Source: Thermoplasmatales archaeon (GTDB taxonomy: Archaea > Thermoplasmatota > Thermoplasmata > Thermoplasmatales > GCA-001856825). Taken from it: DNA of 64,000 nt. The notes beneath the pieces are model-generated. The model ran no database searches. It was not told where the DNA came from and saw only the letters and a list, made by a program, of their open reading frames with translations. Position 1 is the stretch's first letter. Every line of letters starts with the position of its first letter. Where the stretch lies: contig JAVYOD010000001.1 of assembly GCA_038734825.1 (NCBI GenBank), positions 1,382 through 65,381 of the forward strand. Reading direction: 5' to 3'. Positions 28,825 through 38,905 of this stretch are shown here, piece after piece. The position numbers and the translations under genes were made by a program.

Positions 28825-29595
28825 TTACCTCTTTTCAAGGTCTTCTGACCCGTAAAATACATTCTGAAGGAAAGCGTAGATATCCTCCATTCCGTCACCT
28901 GTTTGCGATGATGCGAATATGCTGTTACCAAGCAGATTCAAAGATTCTGTAGCACTTATGATTTCCTCTGATAACTGAACGTTCACTGTAGCGGCAAGTC
29001 TTCTGAGATCTTCTATGAACTCTGCCTTGTTTCTATCCCACCTCTTAATATTTTCAATTTCTTTAGGCTCCAGAAGGTCAGATTTTGAAGCAACAGGGAG
29101 GAATGGCATATAGAATTTTGTAAGGATGCTAAGACCTAAAAATCTAAGAGAAGCATATGACTGCGGATCTTTTAGAAGTGCAGAATCAAGCAAATAAACA
29201 ATTGCACTACTGTCTATTCCGAAGCTCTCAACGAGCATCGAAGAAGACTGCCTGAAAGCGAATAGCTCGAGCTGGCCTGGTGTATCTATGAGAACGTAGT
29301 CTGAATCGAATGACTCGATTCTTTCTGTTATTTCCCCCACTTCGTTGACCAGAAGATCTGCAGCAACAATCTGAGCTCCATTAGGTCCTAAGTTATATTG
29401 AGCCATAACATCCTCAAGCGATATAGATTCCCTGACATCTACGTCAGGTTCGTAAGGAAGAAATTCTGCCCCCGGATCAAGGTTAACTGTAATAGCGTCG
29501 TAATTTAACCCTACCAGCCAATCCTTGAATGAGTTTACCATGGTAGATTTTCCAGATCCTGCGGTTCCGACAAAGAACACCCTAGGAATCGTCAT
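28825..29595 (-). CDS. GPN-loop GTPase
   Basis: P-loop GTAGSGKST, GPN motif NLGPNGA and DTPGQ.E. 14-nt overlap with the polD large-subunit 3' end. Confidence 0.8.
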   Translation of the reverse strand: MTIPRVFFVGTAGSGKSTMVNSFKDWLVGLNYDAITVNLDPGAEFLPYEPDVDVRESISLEDVMAQYNLGPNGAQIVAADLLVNEVGEITERIESFDSDYVLIDTPGQLELFAFRQSSSMLVESFGIDSSAIVYLLDSALLKDPQSYASLRFLGLSILTKFYMPFLPVASKSDLLEPKEIENIKRWDRNKAEFIEDLRRLAATVNVQLSEEIISATESLNLLGNSIFASSQTGDGMEDIYAFLQNVFYGSEDLEKR

Positions 29596-32500
29596 AATCC
29601 TCCAGTGTCTTAAAGTTAGAAGGTTTTGCGTTGAATATTGAGTTGACGGAATCCCTCATTATTTTTATCCTTTGGCTAACATAGTTGCTGACCTGGAACT
29701 CATTAGTTATGCTGTAGCTTCTCTCAAGATACTTAGTAATATTTCCCTTGTGCACTGTACCGACCAATGGCACTTTGCATTTCCTGCATTTCCCATTTAT
29801 TGGGGGTCTTCTATAAATGCGGTTGCAGGATGTACATCTGAACGTCTGCGAACCAAATTTATTAAGATTTCCCATTATGTCAGGTATGAAGTGATATTTC
29901 AAAATCCTCTCTGCCATGTCAGAGGCATCAACTGCAGACAGCTTTTTGGCGAGTTCCAGTTGCCTGATGAGTTTCATCTCCATGCTTTCAATACTTTTAT
30001 AGCTAGAATTGAGCGTCCCGATGTCTATTGAATACGTATCGTCCGTGAATTTGCATTCAGGGAATGTTTCGCCTGCCTTAACCATTGAACCGGCTGTGAC
30101 AAGGTAACCCATAATTTCCTGCGGTTCTGGAAATTTCCAAGTCATTTCCAGCAGCTCTGGCGGGTAAACTCCTGTTATGTCTAAATTCAGCGCCTCCTTG
30201 TCGATCTCATTTGGATTAATTTTCATAGATAATACCAAGGGTGCATCCATTAGACTTCCTCTGGTGCTGGGTAGAAAGTCTCTCGAGAAATTCAGTAGAC
30301 CATCGAGAAGGAGCATAACGGAGTCCTCATCACCATCACAGTTGCGTCTTTTTGCAGCATGATAAAATGGATGAGCATAACATACGTCTGCTTTTGAGTA
30401 TCCTATTATTCTCCCTAGCACACCACCTGAGGTATGTGGAGCCAGTCCGATAACGAGTCTACCTATTAGGTCCTCTTTTGAGTTCGCATTGTAATAAGGA
30501 GGAAGATTATAGAATTTTACTAGGAGATCGTCCAAAAACTTGGAAACCCTGAGAAGGTAGTCTCCAGCCTTGGCACTCAATACTATGTCTTGAGGAAATA
30601 TCTCAATAATCTGAGATTCATCCACGATTTCTTTTCCAAGGTAGTCCTTGTCGTATCCTAGCTCCTTTGCCTTCTTGGCATTAATGGATATCTCACCGAT
30701 CTTAAAATGTGTTAACGGGAGATCAGACATATCAAACCTGCATGTTCCATCTTTAAAGGGATAAACGTTATGAATCGAGCGGAGAATTCCCTTTTCAATC
30801 GGCTCTGGGGTCTTACTTCCAGATATTAAGCCTCTCACACCATTAACCTTTCCGTTGAGTTTTACATTCATCTTCATAGCACTTTCTTCCAGGATATTGC
30901 TAATATCTACCTCGAATTTCTTGGTTTTACCTGTTGGCAATGTGTGAACGTTGCACTTTTCACAGAGATTAAGATATGTGAGCTCTCCACAAGATGGGCA
31001 AGTTCTAACCTGCATTTCTGAACCTGTCAGTTCATCATACTGTTTGAGGTCTCTCCTGTTCTTTTGAACGTTACCTATTGGAAAGAGGGCGTGAACGGGC
31101 GGGGACATCACTCTCTCCTCCGCCTTTTCTGGTCTCCCCATTCTCGCGCCAATTCTGGATGGTCCTTTCGGATAGATTGGGAACCCTGCCTGCTTCGAAA
31201 CAATATCAATAGGATCCAAACCTTCTACTTTCCTAACCCTCTTTAACCTATCTCCTTCAACCTCGATCCCAAGAGGGTAGATGAGGCTCATATAATTGCT
31301 TACAAATATGTCCCCTGATAAGCTGTACTCGCACAGAAGCTTTGTCAAGAAATCCCTGTTGAAGTTATCATCGTTAATCTTCAATTTTCCCTCTTTTATT
31401 ACCCCCGTTTCCATGACCTTATCGGCAAACCTCTGGATCTCTTCGTTGGAAACATCGTGCCATAAGAGGGTCCAATCCGGATGAAGCGGAACGTTGTACT
31501 TAATCGATATCTCAACAGCCTCCTTATCGTTAGATACCTTTGGAACAAATCCTATTTTCCGTTCGCAGATCTGTTCCCACCAGGAGACTGTAAACGCCCC
31601 GGGGAAAATCACCTTGTTATTTTCGATAAATTCCCCAAAAGATATCATTATCTCCCCTAGATCAACTATCTTTTCTATCGTAGATTTGTTTCTCTCATAC
31701 GATTCTAAGTCCCGGAGACGTACTAGGGAACCGTCCCTTAGCTGGACAGTCGGACCTTCTATTTTATCATTGGAGACTACAGCACCAGCCTTTCCCGGAC
31801 GTTCCATTTTTATCTGTGTCCCTACAGCTATGAAATCATCGAGAACTTTCATCGTTATTGGATTGATTGCGACTGCAGCTAGACCTGTATTCCTCGATCG
31901 CCCGTACCTGAGCCGAAATCCACCTTTCATCGAAGGATAAGAAAGCGCTGGTCTCCCAGCTACCATCTCTTTGAGATAATTGTAGTTTGGCTTGACGTCC
32001 TTTTCCTCCTTTTTCTCACTCGTGAATGACCATCCTTCTAGGCCAAATGTGCTAACATATTTTCTCAGCTTTGAAGCCTTAAGAATGAGACCTTCTGCAA
32101 TAACCAGTGCCATTCCTCCCCTGAGCCTATTTGTCTCTACGTAAGGAAGATCTCTATGTCCCGCAACTTCAGCCTCCTCCGTACCTTCACCCGTAATACA
32201 TACAGGTGAACCAGCAACCGCATTTTGTATCTCCTGTGAGGTTGGAACGTACTGAAGGTGCTGGACTCTCGCGTAAAGAGGTATTTCCTCTTTATATCTT
32301 TCAATCTCATCTTGAGACGCAACGTATTTCCCCACGCCAAATTTTCTTCTGAGGAGATCTCCTATAAAAACGCTCAACGCTTGTGCAGTCCCCCCGGCAC
32401 TCCTTATAGGACCAGAATAATATATAGAAAGAAATGAATCGCCGTCTCTCTCCTTTATTTTGACACCAGTAATGCCCTCAAGCGGTGCGACAAGAATGCC

Positions 32501-32854
32501 CTCCGTCAGGATCGCGAGGGCCACTCTGATGCCTTTCTCTATTTTTACCTCGTCAGATCCATCAACGCTCTGGGAAACTGAAAGAGCGGCCTCAATGGCA
32601 ACCCTTTCCCTATCATACTTACTTGAAAGTTCCCTTATGATATCTGTGCACTCAATCCCTGTCAGTGCTTGAACCCTTCCAGCTAGATCCTCGGCCTGAG
32701 GTATCTCAACAAATATCTCACTGTCTTTACCCTGCATCCTCGCTTTTTTGGCTATTTCGTATTCCGCCTCAACACTTCGTTTCAAATATTGAAAATATGC
32801 ATCTAGGTTCCTACCCACCTCTTTAGTATGTGATAATCGCATAAATAATTTCAA
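29582..32854 (-). CDS. polC: DNA polymerase II (PolD) large subunit DP2
   Basis: 1090 aa. N-terminus YFQYLKRSVEAEYEIAKKARMQGKD...VEIPQAEDLAGRV and ALAILTEGILVAPLEGI...YYSGPIRSAGGTAQALSV are collinear with Pyrococcus DP2 as I remember it. No intein-sized insertion. TTG start, with an alternative ATG at 32842. Confidence 0.92.
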   Translation of the reverse strand: MKLFMRLSHTKEVGRNLDAYFQYLKRSVEAEYEIAKKARMQGKDSEIFVEIPQAEDLAGRVQALTGIECTDIIRELSSKYDRERVAIEAALSVSQSVDGSDEVKIEKGIRVALAILTEGILVAPLEGITGVKIKERDGDSFLSIYYSGPIRSAGGTAQALSVFIGDLLRRKFGVGKYVASQDEIERYKEEIPLYARVQHLQYVPTSQEIQNAVAGSPVCITGEGTEEAEVAGHRDLPYVETNRLRGGMALVIAEGLILKASKLRKYVSTFGLEGWSFTSEKKEEKDVKPNYNYLKEMVAGRPALSYPSMKGGFRLRYGRSRNTGLAAVAINPITMKVLDDFIAVGTQIKMERPGKAGAVVSNDKIEGPTVQLRDGSLVRLRDLESYERNKSTIEKIVDLGEIMISFGEFIENNKVIFPGAFTVSWWEQICERKIGFVPKVSNDKEAVEISIKYNVPLHPDWTLLWHDVSNEEIQRFADKVMETGVIKEGKLKINDDNFNRDFLTKLLCEYSLSGDIFVSNYMSLIYPLGIEVEGDRLKRVRKVEGLDPIDIVSKQAGFPIYPKGPSRIGARMGRPEKAEERVMSPPVHALFPIGNVQKNRRDLKQYDELTGSEMQVRTCPSCGELTYLNLCEKCNVHTLPTGKTKKFEVDISNILEESAMKMNVKLNGKVNGVRGLISGSKTPEPIEKGILRSIHNVYPFKDGTCRFDMSDLPLTHFKIGEISINAKKAKELGYDKDYLGKEIVDESQIIEIFPQDIVLSAKAGDYLLRVSKFLDDLLVKFYNLPPYYNANSKEDLIGRLVIGLAPHTSGGVLGRIIGYSKADVCYAHPFYHAAKRRNCDGDEDSVMLLLDGLLNFSRDFLPSTRGSLMDAPLVLSMKINPNEIDKEALNLDITGVYPPELLEMTWKFPEPQEIMGYLVTAGSMVKAGETFPECKFTDDTYSIDIGTLNSSYKSIESMEMKLIRQLELAKKLSAVDASDMAERILKYHFIPDIMGNLNKFGSQTFRCTSCNRIYRRPPINGKCRKCKVPLVGTVHKGNITKYLERSYSITNEFQVSNYVSQRIKIMRDSVNSIFNAKPSNFKTLEDYDDS

Positions 32855-33471
32855 TACAAGTTCAGAGTTCCTGTAATCGAGTTAATGGTCTTCCAAGACT
32901 TCCTGATGTGTGGAGGCAATGATCTGTACTTTTCATAATATGACCTCAGAAAATCTATGGTCCTCTTGTCTGAGGGATATCCTGAACCAAAATCACCTAG
33001 CTGAGCCTTTATATTGCCAATCTCACGTTCCCTGATTACTTTAGCTACTATTGAAGCAGCAGAAACTGTGGGATACTTTTCGTCTGCCTTGTGTTCAGCC
33101 CTTATTTTATGATTCCCAGTTAAACTAATCAAAAGTTCCGTAAACCTGACCTCGTCAACGTCAGGACAATCGATCACGTATTCCATACCGTTCTTTATCA
33201 TCCTTGATATAATTCTGGCCTCCAGAATGTTTAGTTCATTCTTTATCACGGCCCCGTCGATCTCTTCTTCGCTTACTATCGTGTAGTCAACGCTATCAGA
33301 TACCTTTGTTATCTGTTCAAACAGGTACTCCCTCCTCTTCTGTGAAAGCTTCTTTGAATCTTTGACTCCAATTTCATGGAGCAATGAATCGTCACCGCAT
33401 ACAACTGCTATCACCATAGGACCTATTACCGGCCCCCTACCTGCCTCATCGCAGCCACATCTTAATTGCAC
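32851..33471 (-). CDS. rnhB: ribonuclease HII
   Basis: GCDEAGRGPVIGPMV, DSKKLS and SAASIVAKV motifs. The stop overlaps the polD TTG (TTGA). Confidence 0.9.
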   Translation of the reverse strand: MQLRCGCDEAGRGPVIGPMVIAVVCGDDSLLHEIGVKDSKKLSQKRREYLFEQITKVSDSVDYTIVSEEEIDGAVIKNELNILEARIISRMIKNGMEYVIDCPDVDEVRFTELLISLTGNHKIRAEHKADEKYPTVSAASIVAKVIREREIGNIKAQLGDFGSGYPSDKRTIDFLRSYYEKYRSLPPHIRKSWKTINSITGTLNLY

Positions 33472-33493
33472 GTATTTACCATCTGAAATTGTT

Positions 33494-34435
33494 TCACCCC
33501 CTTAGCTTTATCGCGCCTTCGAATGATATACCCTCTTCGCCCTTCAATACCCTCTCTGTTATCAGGAATATCTTTCCATATTCCGTGTCGAGGAGGTAAT
33601 TGTTCGATATCCCTTTCTCCTCGTGCAAGATCTTAAATTTTACATCTCCCCCAACCCTCACTTTTGTTGGGTGTATTGCATAGAGAGAGCCATCACTCTC
33701 ATAAATGTTGTATCCCAAAATACGAGCAGTATCTGTTGTAACAGGATAGTTTAGAACTTCGAATTTATTGCCTTCCTCAATTATTACACCGTTACTAAGT
33801 ATTGATATTGAATCTGCGAGAATCTCGGCATCTGCTATATCGTGTGTAACATATATTATGGAGACATCGAACCGTGAAGGTATGTCTTTGACATACCATC
33901 TTATGTCATTTCTATGAAATGAGTCAAGGGAGGAGAGTGGTTCATCCATAAGGAGAAGATTTGGTTCAGTTATAAGAGTCCTTGCAAGGGCAACCCGCTG
34001 TTTTTCGCCACCGCTAAGCTGCGATGGGTATCTATTGAGCTGGTCACTTATGGAAAAAATCTCTGCCATTTCCCTTACCTTTCGATTGATCTCTGATAAG
34101 CTAACCTTTCTGATCCTGAGACCGTAAGCTATATTTTCAGCAGCTGTCATTGAATAAAAAAGACCTAGGTCCTGGAATACAAACCCTATCCTTCTTTTGT
34201 TCATATCTAAATTTGTGACGTCCAATCCATCTTTGAAGACCCTACCTGAATCAGGTTCGATTATCCCCGAAATTATGTTCAGTATTGTTGTTTTCCCGCT
34301 TCCGGAAGCTCCTAGTATAACCTTAATTTCTTTATCAGCTAATGAAAAATTTATGTCCCTTAAGACCTGAATTCCATTTATTCTCTTAGATATATGCTCG
34401 ACCCTAAGCCTCTCCACTGGCACCACTTCGCCCAA
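33494..34435 (-). CDS. ABC transporter ATP-binding protein (thiamine-type operon)
   Basis: Walker A GASGSGKTT, signature LSGGEKQRVALAR and Walker B LLLMDEP. The start is uncertain (TTG at 34435, or GTGs at 34426 and 34417). Confidence 0.85.
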   Translation of the reverse strand: MGEVVPVERLRVEHISKRINGIQVLRDINFSLADKEIKVILGASGSGKTTILNIISGIIEPDSGRVFKDGLDVTNLDMNKRRIGFVFQDLGLFYSMTAAENIAYGLRIRKVSLSEINRKVREMAEIFSISDQLNRYPSQLSGGEKQRVALARTLITEPNLLLMDEPLSSLDSFHRNDIRWYVKDIPSRFDVSIIYVTHDIADAEILADSISILSNGVIIEEGNKFEVLNYPVTTDTARILGYNIYESDGSLYAIHPTKVRVGGDVKFKILHEEKGISNNYLLDTEYGKIFLITERVLKGEEGISFEGAIKLRG

Positions 34436-35921
34436 GTGTATTTATCACGTATGAGGAAATAAATATTACAATTAGGAAAATTTCAGTCAATCCGTATGTA
34501 CCTTTGACATCTCTTAAGGTGAGTAAATTGTAAATCCCTATGGTAAGTGTTTCAGTGGAATGGGTGTAAACAGTCTCTATTGAGGCAAATTGGCCTATCA
34601 CTGTTATGAATGCTATGGAAAGTATTGTCGAAACCTCAACCCTTATCCTTGGTAATTGAACCCTGAAGAATGATGAAATTGGACCATCTCCAAGCACTAT
34701 TGAGGAGGCGCGTTCTGACGCTGGAACAGTGGAAATTGATTGTCCTAGCATTCTAAAAATTATTGGAATTATAGATACTGCAAAAATGCATATCACTAAA
34801 ATGTTGTTAGGAAGATATGAACCATAAAATAAAAAGAAGGATAGAGCAAGCGTGACGGGCGAGAATATCAGAGGCAACAGAAGAAACAAGTTTGCAAATC
34901 TTCCGTATGCATATATCACAAGGAAAGCTGAGACAATTAGCGAAATAAAAGTGCTTGCAAAGGAAAACAGTACGGTATTTGAGATTAGTTGATATAGTGG
35001 TACCTGCAACTTCGTCTGTACCTGAGAAAAGCTGACAGCCCAAATGGGGTACTTAAAGAACATAGAAAAAAATGGGAAATAAATAAAAAAGATATAAATT
35101 ATCAACACTACAAGAGATAATAATCTATATTTAGAAAATGGATTTTGAGAAGTAGGCACGCCACGAAGTGTACCAGTCCTGACTGTCACATATAAATATA
35201 AGGGTAATAAGAGAATTAATATTTGCAGAATACCTACGAATGAAGCGTTAGAAAATGGAGAAGAAACATAAGAAGGAAAGATATTTTTTAATTCATATAT
35301 GAGAACTTCAATTGTTGAATACTTCGGTCCTCCAACGATCAATGGAAGACTGAAACCCTCGAAGCATAAAATGAAAGTCAGAATGATACCCAGAAGACCT
35401 CCCCTCAAAAGATTCCTTAGGTAAAATCCTCTGAAAATTTCTCCGTCGGATGCACCCAAGGAACGGGCTGAATAAACTTCCTGCATATTGGTTGTGCTTC
35501 CAGTAGAATAAGATAGTACTGCTATAAGCGGTGAGTTATAGGCAACATTTCCATATATGATTTCCCAAAATCTGGAGGAATACCCGAAAATTGAAATAAT
35601 TCCTAGCGCCATAATGATTCCAGGCATTACATAGGTAACAAGAAAGAGAGAAACTATCGCGTTTTTTCCCCTTCCATTGTAAATAGTCAAAACCATACCT
35701 AATGGGATACCAATTGCAGTCGCAATTGCTGTTGAAACAGAAGCCTGTAGGAAAGACTGCTTTAATGCATCGGTCAGGACTGAAACTAGTAAAGACGAAA
35801 TTGTCACGTGCAACGCAGAATTTAAAAGGAAGATAAGAGGGATCAATAATACTAGCAAAGAGTAAATAGAAAAAGTTAAAACCGGGAAAAAGTTGTTTTT
35901 ATTCAATACTATTCCATTCAA
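34404..35921 (-). CDS. ABC transporter permease, duplicated (two-module) type, ThiP/FbpB-like
   Basis: 505 aa with about 12 TM segments in two permease modules. Lies in an operon with the ATPase and the binding protein. Confidence 0.75.
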   Translation of the reverse strand: MNGIVLNKNNFFPVLTFSIYSLLVLLIPLIFLLNSALHVTISSLLVSVLTDALKQSFLQASVSTAIATAIGIPLGMVLTIYNGRGKNAIVSLFLVTYVMPGIIMALGIISIFGYSSRFWEIIYGNVAYNSPLIAVLSYSTGSTTNMQEVYSARSLGASDGEIFRGFYLRNLLRGGLLGIILTFILCFEGFSLPLIVGGPKYSTIEVLIYELKNIFPSYVSSPFSNASFVGILQILILLLPLYLYVTVRTGTLRGVPTSQNPFSKYRLLSLVVLIIYIFFIYFPFFSMFFKYPIWAVSFSQVQTKLQVPLYQLISNTVLFSFASTFISLIVSAFLVIYAYGRFANLFLLLPLIFSPVTLALSFFLFYGSYLPNNILVICIFAVSIIPIIFRMLGQSISTVPASERASSIVLGDGPISSFFRVQLPRIRVEVSTILSIAFITVIGQFASIETVYTHSTETLTIGIYNLLTLRDVKGTYGLTEIFLIVIFISSYVINTLGRSGASGEA

Positions 35922-36996
35922 GTATCCAGGTGGGCAGACTTTTAGCCACCTGGCTGATGTTAAGGTATTCGTTAAGCGGAATGATCTCAGATATAGGAGG
36001 ATTCACGGAATAAACCTGAGGTAATTTTACTTCTATGTTCGCGGGGTACATCCATTCGTTGAGTGGAATAAGAGACTGAACCCTACTACCTAGGAACCAG
36101 TTAACGAATTCTTCATCCAAACTCTTGTATTTTGAAGAGTTAAGAATACCCAAACTCAGCACTTGAATCCAGGCGTAATCCTTACCATCGAAATGAAATG
36201 GCGTAGTACCTATCTTTGAATAATTGAAGTACTGATTGTAAGAAGGATCTGTCTGATATGAAAAGAACATCTGCTCAGAACCATCCTCGAAGAGCTTGAA
36301 TCCTGAGTCCCAATCCTCTGTTACCACGATTCCCTTAGAATTCTTCCAGAACAAAGTCCAGTTTTGTCCCAGTATGTTTTCGTAAAATGCAATCTCCCCG
36401 AGCAGAAAATCTTGGCCATTAATACTGCTCACTGGATTTTCTACTATGTACTGCTTTCCTATTGTAGAATTGTAAAGATCCTGATATGAAAGATTTTCGA
36501 CTATGCTCATTGGAATAGGACCGGAAAAATTGTAGTCCGTTGTGAGAGCAGAATATTCATAAGGAACTGCGTAACCATTCCCTTGGATGAAGCTAAAGAT
36601 TGTTTCGTTGAGATAAGATTCGTTGCTCACATTAAACCTGTAGAACAGCCCGCTGCGCGCAGCAAGATACGAATCTATGTTGTTTAGACCAATTACAATA
36701 TCGTACCCCTTTCCGTGACTTTCTACGACCTGTTGATATAGGTCTCCGGAAGAAGTCACTATTCTTACGTTTACATTGTACCACCTTTCAAAATTCCCTA
36801 TTATATATTTTAGGGTTGCATTAGGGTTGGCCCCGTACTGGAAAAACGACGGATACGTAAGTATGGTTATTGTGGGCCTAGATGAAACCACGATCTCTGG
36901 ATATTCCATATATACGAGCACACCCGCTAATACAACAATCCCTACTACAATGAAAACTTTATAGTCTATCTTTTTTTTGACCAAATCTTCACTCAT
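35899..36996 (-). CDS. ABC transporter substrate-binding protein (probable thiamine/TPP-related ligand)
   Basis: N-terminal membrane anchor and a periplasmic-binding-protein-sized domain. First gene after a TPP riboswitch, so the ligand assignment is inference from the riboswitch. Confidence 0.65.
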   Translation of the reverse strand: MSEDLVKKKIDYKVFIVVGIVVLAGVLVYMEYPEIVVSSRPTITILTYPSFFQYGANPNATLKYIIGNFERWYNVNVRIVTSSGDLYQQVVESHGKGYDIVIGLNNIDSYLAARSGLFYRFNVSNESYLNETIFSFIQGNGYAVPYEYSALTTDYNFSGPIPMSIVENLSYQDLYNSTIGKQYIVENPVSSINGQDFLLGEIAFYENILGQNWTLFWKNSKGIVVTEDWDSGFKLFEDGSEQMFFSYQTDPSYNQYFNYSKIGTTPFHFDGKDYAWIQVLSLGILNSSKYKSLDEEFVNWFLGSRVQSLIPLNEWMYPANIEVKLPQVYSVNPPISEIIPLNEYLNISQVAKSLPTWILEWNSIE

Positions 36997-37000
36997 TTTT

Positions 37001-37085
37001 CTCCCTCCGCCAGTATTGTCTGGATCAGGTTCAAAGGGTCGATCCTTTCGATCCTCTCAGCCCGCCTTTACGAGCTCCCCTGTGC
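37001..37085 (-). promoter_or_regulatory. TPP (THI-box) riboswitch
   Basis: The reverse strand reads GCACAGGGGAGCUCGUAAAGGCGGGCUGAGAGGAUCGAAAGGAUCGACCCUUUGAACCUGAUCCAGACAAUACUGGCGGAGGGAG. It contains the invariant CUGAGA and ACCUGAUC..G..AAUAC..GCG.AGGGA blocks of the TPP aptamer and ends 4 nt before the ATG. Confidence 0.85.
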
Positions 37086-37440
37086 ATTCTTGATGGGAAA
37101 TTGATATAAAAACATTTAGAGTGTTTTTATCCCATCAATTCCACTTCTCATTTTTATTTCGCGATTAATTCTTTCTTTTTTGGACAATACTCAATATATT
37201 AATTATGATCCTTTCTATTTCTAGAAAAATTTTGTCTAAAGGAAAATAGGGATATTCCTTAACTGATAGGTAACCTTACATTTTTATTGTTCCCCTGAAC
37301 TGTTTAAACATTTGCACTTCCGACTGATGCCCGAGTTCATCTTTTCTTGAAGGAAACAGAAAGTCATGTAGATATTTAAGGTATACAGCACGAAGGACTT
37401 AGAGAGGCATAACTTTTATTAGGATTTACATTACCTTATT

Positions 37441-38898
37441 ATGTTTGTATCAAAATTGGAAACAGCAAAGATTGGCTACACCTATGATGATGTTCTTGTT
37501 CTTCCTGGGCCAAGCAGGGTTGAACCAAGCCAGGTAAAGGTTGAATCTATGCTTTCAAGGCATATTAAACTGAATATACCAGTGGTCTCTTCGCCGATGG
37601 ACACAGTTACAGAAACAGATATGGCTATTGCCATGGCAAGGCTTGGTGGAATTGGCATTATCCATAGAAATAATAAGAGGGAAATACAAGCAGAAATGAT
37701 AAAGAAGGTGAAGAGAGAGGAATCGCTGATTATTAGAGATCTGTATACTGTCACACCGGACACAACTGTCGGAGAGGCCATTAAACTGATGAATGAAAAA
37801 CATATAGCCGGCCTACCCGTTGTGGAAAACAGCATTCTAAAAGGTATTCTTACTAATAGAGATGTGAGATTCTTGAGAGATTTCAATAAGAGGGTTGGGG
37901 ATGTTATGACAAAAAAAGTGATCACGGGACATGATAAGATATCAATGGAAGAAGCACTTTCCATAATGAGAGAAAAAAAGATAGAAAAACTCCCTCTTGT
38001 TGACAGTGGAGGTAACCTTGTAGGTCTGATAACAGCCAAAGACATAATGAAAAGGGAAACTTACCCAGATGCAGCTCGGGATGAGGAGGGAAGATTGTTG
38101 GTTGGGGCTGCAGTTGGCCCATTTGATATAGAAAGGGCCAAGATGCTTGAACAAGCCGGGGCTGACGTGATAGTTGTAGATAGTGCACACGGCCATAATT
38201 TGAATCTGATCGAATCGGTAAAGAAAATGAGAAAGGAGATCAATGTAGAACTGATTGCGGGTAATATAGCAACTGCAAAAGCCGCCGAAGATCTAATAGC
38301 GGCAGATGTTGATGGAATAAGGGTTGGGATAGGTCCAGGGTCAATTTGCACCACTAGGATTGTCGCCGGTATAGGAGTACCACAACTTACTGCCATTACG
38401 GAAACTGCCGAAGTTGCTGAGAGTTATGGAGTACCAATAATAGCTGACGGAGGCATTAGATATTCAGGGGATATAGTTAAAGCACTCGCAGCGGGTGCCA
38501 GCACAGTGATGCTTGGTTCTCTACTAGCAGGTACGGACGAGGCACCTGGAGCCGAGATCAATATATCTGGAAGAAGGTATAAAACGTATAGAGGTATGGG
38601 ATCCCTCGGTGCTATAATGAGTAGCGAGAATGACAGGTACGGGAAGATTGGTGCTAACAAATTCGTACCGGAGGGGGTTGAAGGGGCTGTCCCTTACAAG
38701 GGGAAGGTAGCAGACACAATGTTCCAATTAATAGGCGGCCTTAAATCTGGAATGGGCTACACTGGTTCGCCAGATATTGATACGCTTCGCAAGAATACAA
38801 AATTCGTCATACTGACCCAGTCAGGTATAGTGGAGAGTCATCCACACAACGTAATTCTGCTTTCTGAACCACCGAATTACACAAACAGATCGTTCTGA
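37441..38898 (+). CDS. guaB: IMP dehydrogenase (with CBS pair)
   Basis: Catalytic loop [19 protein letters not shown], a CBS region and the N-terminus [11 protein letters not shown]. Confidence 0.92.
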   Translation: MFVSKLETAKIGYTYDDVLVLPGPSRVEPSQVKVESMLSRHIKLNIPVVSSPMDTVTETDMAIAMARLGGIGIIHRNNKREIQAEMIKKVKREESLIIRDLYTVTPDTTVGEAIKLMNEKHIAGLPVVENSILKGILTNRDVRFLRDFNKRVGDVMTKKVITGHDKISMEEALSIMREKKIEKLPLVDSGGNLVGLITAKDIMKRETYPDAARDEEGRLLVGAAVGPFDIERAKMLEQAGADVIVVDSAHGHNLNLIESVKKMRKEINVELIAGNIATAKAAEDLIAADVDGIRVGIGPGSICTTRIVAGIGVPQLTAITETAEVAESYGVPIIADGGIRYSGDIVKALAAGASTVMLGSLLAGTDEAPGAEINISGRRYKTYRGMGSLGAIMSSENDRYGKIGANKFVPEGVEGAVPYKGKVADTMFQLIGGLKSGMGYTGSPDIDTLRKNTKFVILTQSGIVESHPHNVILLSEPPNYTNRSF

Positions 38899-38905
38899 GA
38901 TTCCT

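Noticed and set aside
37482-38727. Several long antisense or off-frame ORFs (for example 37482-38045, 38061-38396, 38424-38660) inside guaB. Similar ones lie inside polD (31494-31940), PCNA (19455-19868), the SIS-like gene (22166-22564) and hppA (43157-43636).
   Set aside because: They lie wholly within strongly supported genes, have low-complexity or unrecognisable sequences, and are typical shadow ORFs.
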